Shown in pieces: positions 59,992 through 64,000 of a DNA stretch of 64,000 bases. The notes below the pieces were generated by a model. It ran no database searches. It was given only the letters and a program-made list of their open reading frames with translations, and was not told the origin of the DNA. The position numbers and the translations under genes are program-made. Within the stretch, counting starts at the first letter, position 1, and each line of letters opens with the position of its first letter. The DNA is from Spirochaetia bacterium (GTDB lineage: Bacteria > Spirochaetota > Spirochaetia > UBA9216), in NCBI GenBank assembly GCA_965140585.1, contig OZ223272.1, positions 288,001-352,000 of the forward strand, read 5' to 3'.

Positions 59992-60543
59992 TTACAGGTG
60001 ATATCTTGCACCAAATCCAAGTCTCAAATTGATATAAACACTGATGTCCGTTGAAGTATCAAGGTATACAGCCGGTCCGAAAAGCAGGTCAAAATACAGC
60101 GAAAGCGGGCCAGATTCATACACGGTTTTATTGCTCATAAGCAGTACATCAAAGTAATGTCCGGTCCATGAAAGAGGAAAATTATATTTGAGCTTTAACC
60201 CGAGAGATGTAGGATTATGAATAATAGAAACACCGGCGGGAAAGTATATACCCTGCTGAAGTTCATCCATAATATTAAATTGATAAAGAAATCCGCCAAA
60301 AGGCGTAACGGTAAGAGTTCTGTCAAGAAACGTAATTGGCATGCCCAGTTCCGCAGAAAGTCCCGGAATAATGAAGGTACTGCCGGCTCCTATCTGAAAA
60401 TCAAGAGACACTCCGTTTTCCGGAAGTGAAGCGAACTCCTGTCCCGAAACTGCTTCAGGCTCAGAAGAAAGTTCCTGAGCCTGAATAAATGTTAAGCAGG
60501 ATAAAAAAATCAGAATAAGAATTATTTTCTTATAATTATGCAT
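59992..60543 (-). CDS. Exported hypothetical protein, possible small outer-membrane beta-barrel
   Basis: Signal peptide (IQA-QE), alternating hydrophobic strands, C-terminal GFGARYHL. Confidence 0.55.
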   Translation of the reverse strand: MHNYKKIILILIFLSCLTFIQAQELSSEPEAVSGQEFASLPENGVSLDFQIGAGSTFIIPGLSAELGMPITFLDRTLTVTPFGGFLYQFNIMDELQQGIYFPAGVSIIHNPTSLGLKLKYNFPLSWTGHYFDVLLMSNKTVYESGPLSLYFDLLFGPAVYLDTSTDISVYINLRLGFGARYHL

Positions 60544-60804
60544 CTAGCGTCTGCGACGGCCTCTGCTTCTACGGCTTCCGCCTGTCAGCAGAATTACCAG
60601 CCCCAGAACAGCACCAACTGCACCGCTTCCCATAAAGATAATTGCCTGGGTCTCTGCGTCAGTGCTTCCCACAAACGCCTTCTCAAGCGAGTTCATAACT
60701 GATGACTGCAGATTATTATACAGATATATTCCGTATACACCTACAACGATACCAACCGCAAGAATAACAATTCCAATAATCAGTCTAAGTTGACTTTTGG
60801 CCAT
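60544..60804 (-). CDS. Small two-TM membrane protein with Arg-rich tail
   Basis: AGGAG SD before MAKSQ, two hydrophobic helices. Confidence 0.7.
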   Translation of the reverse strand: MAKSQLRLIIGIVILAVGIVVGVYGIYLYNNLQSSVMNSLEKAFVGSTDAETQAIIFMGSGAVGAVLGLVILLTGGSRRSRGRRRR

Positions 60805-60838
60805 AATAGCTCCTGATAATAGATTATCCTTTATACTA

Positions 60839-61630
60839 TCACATATTGCGCCAGAATTTATAGTTCTCTTTTTCAATTACATCAAATGAAGGCATCGGAA
60901 AGAAAACCTCTTTATCAGGTGATGCAAACATGAAGCCATGTCTAATCTGCCTGAATGATTTGTTCTTGAAAGAGAAATCTATACTCAATCCCTTTGTATG
61001 CTTCGGAGTGCTTTTAATCTCAAAAATTGCATCTCTGAGTTTTGAAGGATGAACACTCGGAAGAGGATTAGGCATAAGCGGATTGGCCTCAAAATCGTTT
61101 AGAAAATCAGCAATATTAAGGTCAAACTGAGTGTAGAGCATCTTTGGAGCGCCCTTGTTGTTGTCGGGATCAGTTATCCACTTGCCGTACTCACTGAAGT
61201 TTGAACTTGACAGTACAAGCATTTTAAGCGGAGCAATCTCAGCAAAGATCCTTAAAAAATCCGGCTGATGCACTGCGTCATATTCTGCCGGAGAAAGCGG
61301 GTAACAGGATCCGTCAGAATTGGCAAGGTGAAGGTGCTTTATTGCATCAAAATCAACATGCTCAAGAACCCTGTAAGTGCTGATAAACTTTGTAGCCTTG
61401 GGTCTGCCGTCTTCATGCGGAACCAGAGCCTCAAAACCCTTATCAATATCGAAGTAAGGATTACGGAAATCGGTATCAATTTCTGCAAAGATCAGTTTAC
61501 CATCATAATACCTTGTTGAGCCGGAACTGTAATGTCTGGCAAACTTTGAAGGTTCATACTGTGATGCTACAAGAGCCTGATTTGGATGACAGATCATGTA
61601 AAGGTATCTGCCGTACATATAATCAACCAT
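60839..61630 (-). CDS. Conserved hypothetical protein downstream of hppA
   Basis: 263 aa, host-like codon usage, starts 8 nt after the hppA stop. Confidence 0.75.
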   Translation of the reverse strand: MVDYMYGRYLYMICHPNQALVASQYEPSKFARHYSSGSTRYYDGKLIFAEIDTDFRNPYFDIDKGFEALVPHEDGRPKATKFISTYRVLEHVDFDAIKHLHLANSDGSCYPLSPAEYDAVHQPDFLRIFAEIAPLKMLVLSSSNFSEYGKWITDPDNNKGAPKMLYTQFDLNIADFLNDFEANPLMPNPLPSVHPSKLRDAIFEIKSTPKHTKGLSIDFSFKNKSFRQIRHGFMFASPDKEVFFPMPSFDVIEKENYKFWRNM

Positions 61631-61638
61631 AAATTAAA

Positions 61639-63708
61639 TTACCCCCAGAACGATTTTAACATAGGTGCGATAACAAGCGAAACCATAGACATCAATTTAA
61701 TGAGAATATTTATTGACGGTCCGGCTGTATCCTTAAACGGGTCACCGACAGTATCACCTACAACGGCAGCCTTATGAGCATCAGAGCCTTTTCCGCCGCT
61801 TCCGCCGGCTTCTATCATCTTTTTGGCATTATCCCAGGCACCGCCTGCATTTGACATAAAAATAGCAAGAACAACGCCTGATGCGGTTACACCGGTAAGA
61901 AGTCCGATAAGCATGTCAGGTCCGCCGGTAAAGCCTACAACAATTGGAGTCATTATTGAAACAACACCCGGCAGAATCATTTCCTTAAGAGCAGCCTGAG
62001 TACTGATATCAACACATCGTTTGTAGTCAGGTTCTTCTTCATCGTTAAGGATACCCGGTTTTTCTCTGAACTGTCTTCTAACCTCTTCAATCATCTTGTA
62101 GGCGGCTTTACCTACAGCATTCATCGCCATTGATGAGAAAAGATAGGGAATAACCGCACCAAGAAGAATACCGACAAGAACAGGAATATTTGTAAGGTCT
62201 ACACTGGATATGCCTGACTGTTCCTTGAACGAAGTAAAAAGGATGATTGCAGTGAGAGCTGCTGAGCCTATAGCAAAACCCTTTCCAATGGCGGCAGTAG
62301 TATTTCCAACCGCATCAAGATTATCGGTGATATCCCTTACCTCAGGCGGAAACTCCGACATTTCTGCAAGACCGCCCGCATTATCAGCAATAGGTCCGTA
62401 TGCATCAACAGCAAGCTGAATACCGAGTGTAATGAGCATACCTACTGCAGCAATACCAACGCCGTAAAGTCCGGCGAGTGCAAAACTTGTCCATATAGCT
62501 GCGCCTATAATAATGATTGCAGGAAAGGCACTTACCATTCCAACACCAAGCCCTGTGATAAGAGTTGTTGCGGGGCCTGTTTCACAGGATTTCATGATCG
62601 AAGTAACAGGTTTTGTACCTGTACCTGTGAAATACTCAGTCATAAGGCCAATAATAACACCGGCAGCAAGTCCAATTACGCATGATCCGAAAATATGGTA
62701 TATTCCGGCACCGCCATTAAAAGTAGCATCACCGATAAAGAATTTCAGTACTACAAAAGTCATTGCAGTAGCAAGAAGTCCTGCTCCGAAGGTTCCGGCA
62801 TTAAGCGCTTTCTGCGGATTCTTGCCGGGCTTGGTTCTAACAAACAAAGTACCAATAAGAGATGCAGCGACACCGACAGTAACCAGGATCAGCGGAAGAA
62901 GCATCATCTTAATCTTAAGTGCATCCTCTGCAACTATAGTAAGACCAAGAATCATTGAACCAGCAATTGAACCGACGAATGACTCAAAAAGGTCTGCACC
63001 CATTCCGGCAACATCACCGACATTATCACCTACGTTATCCGCAATAGTAGCCGGGTTACGTGGATCATCTTCAGGAATACCAGCCTCAACCTTTCCTACA
63101 AGGTCCGCACCGACATCTGCAGCTTTGGTGAAGATACCTCCGCCTACACGTGAAAAAAGTGCAATGGAAGACGCACCAAGCGAAAAACCTGTTACAATTG
63201 GAAGGATTACAGAGGAAAGAGTATCAACATCTTCACCAAACAGATTGGTTGTAACAACGAGAACAATAAAAAGTCCCATCAGTGCAAGACCTACAACACT
63301 CATTCCCATGACGCTTCCGCCCGAGAAAGCAACTTTAAGAGCACCGTTGAGCCCCTTATCTTTAGCTGCCTGAGTTGTTCTTGAGTTGGAAGCTGTCGCA
63401 ACCTTCATTCCGATAAACCCTGCAAGTGCAGAACAAAGCGCCCCTAATATAAAAGACAGAGACTGAAGCCTGATAGCACCCTTATTACCGATAGCAAGAA
63501 AAGCCGCTACCAGTACAACAAAAGGTACCAGAACCTTGTATTCTCTGCTTAAAAAGGCCATGGCTCCTTCAGCTACATATCCACCGATCTTCTTTAAGGT
63601 TTCATTGCTGACTTCCTGCCGGTAAATCCACCTTGATCTTAGAAGCGCATATGCAAGAGCCAGTAAGCTGCCTATAAGGACAGCATAAAGTACATATTGA
63701 ATTTCCAT
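61639..63708 (-). CDS. hppA: Membrane-integral pyrophosphatase, K+-dependent (probably Na+-translocating)
   Basis: [46 protein letters not shown] (Ala = K+-dependent), [10 protein letters not shown]. Confidence 0.95.
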   Translation of the reverse strand: MEIQYVLYAVLIGSLLALAYALLRSRWIYRQEVSNETLKKIGGYVAEGAMAFLSREYKVLVPFVVLVAAFLAIGNKGAIRLQSLSFILGALCSALAGFIGMKVATASNSRTTQAAKDKGLNGALKVAFSGGSVMGMSVVGLALMGLFIVLVVTTNLFGEDVDTLSSVILPIVTGFSLGASSIALFSRVGGGIFTKAADVGADLVGKVEAGIPEDDPRNPATIADNVGDNVGDVAGMGADLFESFVGSIAGSMILGLTIVAEDALKIKMMLLPLILVTVGVAASLIGTLFVRTKPGKNPQKALNAGTFGAGLLATAMTFVVLKFFIGDATFNGGAGIYHIFGSCVIGLAAGVIIGLMTEYFTGTGTKPVTSIMKSCETGPATTLITGLGVGMVSAFPAIIIIGAAIWTSFALAGLYGVGIAAVGMLITLGIQLAVDAYGPIADNAGGLAEMSEFPPEVRDITDNLDAVGNTTAAIGKGFAIGSAALTAIILFTSFKEQSGISSVDLTNIPVLVGILLGAVIPYLFSSMAMNAVGKAAYKMIEEVRRQFREKPGILNDEEEPDYKRCVDISTQAALKEMILPGVVSIMTPIVVGFTGGPDMLIGLLTGVTASGVVLAIFMSNAGGAWDNAKKMIEAGGSGGKGSDAHKAAVVGDTVGDPFKDTAGPSINILIKLMSMVSLVIAPMLKSFWG

Positions 63709-64000
63709 TTACAACTCCCGTATTACATTTACGTCGGAATATTATTAGCTTGCGGATATTTGTGCAATAGCTTGAACAAATATTCACTAAATTTAATGAT
63801 TTTTTGTTCATTGTTGCGGACATATGACCATTCTTGTCTAAAATCGAGTTTCAACATAAAATAATGTCCAATGAAAAACTACCTAAAATCAGTCAATTTT
63901 TTAACCACTAAATCAGCTATAACTGTTGTAACAATTCTTTTTATAGTTATAGAAGTAGCCTTTGCAGTTCTAATGAACAGACTTGAAGCCGCCTGCGGAA

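Noticed and set aside
62513-63373. 286-aa plus-strand ORF (likewise 5710-6279, 11393-11917, 20819-21388, 50988-51500)
   Set aside because: Antisense shadows of well-supported genes, with no motifs or SD.
63756-63783. Rex operator upstream of hppA
   Set aside because: Half-site spacing is 2 bp longer than TTGTGAA-N4-TTCACAA.
1-64000. CRISPR array, integrase/transposase, prophage, defence systems
   Set aside because: No regularly spaced repeats or recognisable motifs were found in ORFs or intergenic regions.

Overview
Chromosomal window from a low-to-moderate GC anaerobe, probably a free-living spirochaete (Spirochaetia-like). That assignment is inferred from the '...FAGGSQE' signal peptides and the gene content, not proven. 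A housekeeping left flank (SARP regulator, DUF4954, ManC, FucU, FMN-binding protein, MsrBA, NikR-like regulator plus metal-chelate ABC transporter) and right flank (tRNA-Leu(GAG), hppA) enclose about 46 kb of catabolic modules. These are: a PucR/CdaR-regulated TctBAC-PrpD-CapA-glycyl radical enzyme (GRE) operon; a two-gene isoprenoid-synthase-like/membrane-LuxR cassette; an AraC-aldolase-TRAP-GH106-like cluster; a second, pseudogenised GRE; a C69 peptidase-Opp operon; a Zn-ADH/OYE pair; a sugar two-component/ABC locus; and a nonsense-disrupted second PrpD. No CRISPR array, integrase or transposase was found. The best candidates for undescribed biology are (1) the GRE operon, whose enzyme has an atypical GCxD thiyl loop and no activase in the window, and (2) a possible ComQ/ComX-like signal gene coupled to a membrane-anchored LuxR. 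All functional calls come from motif recognition by eye; no database searches were run.
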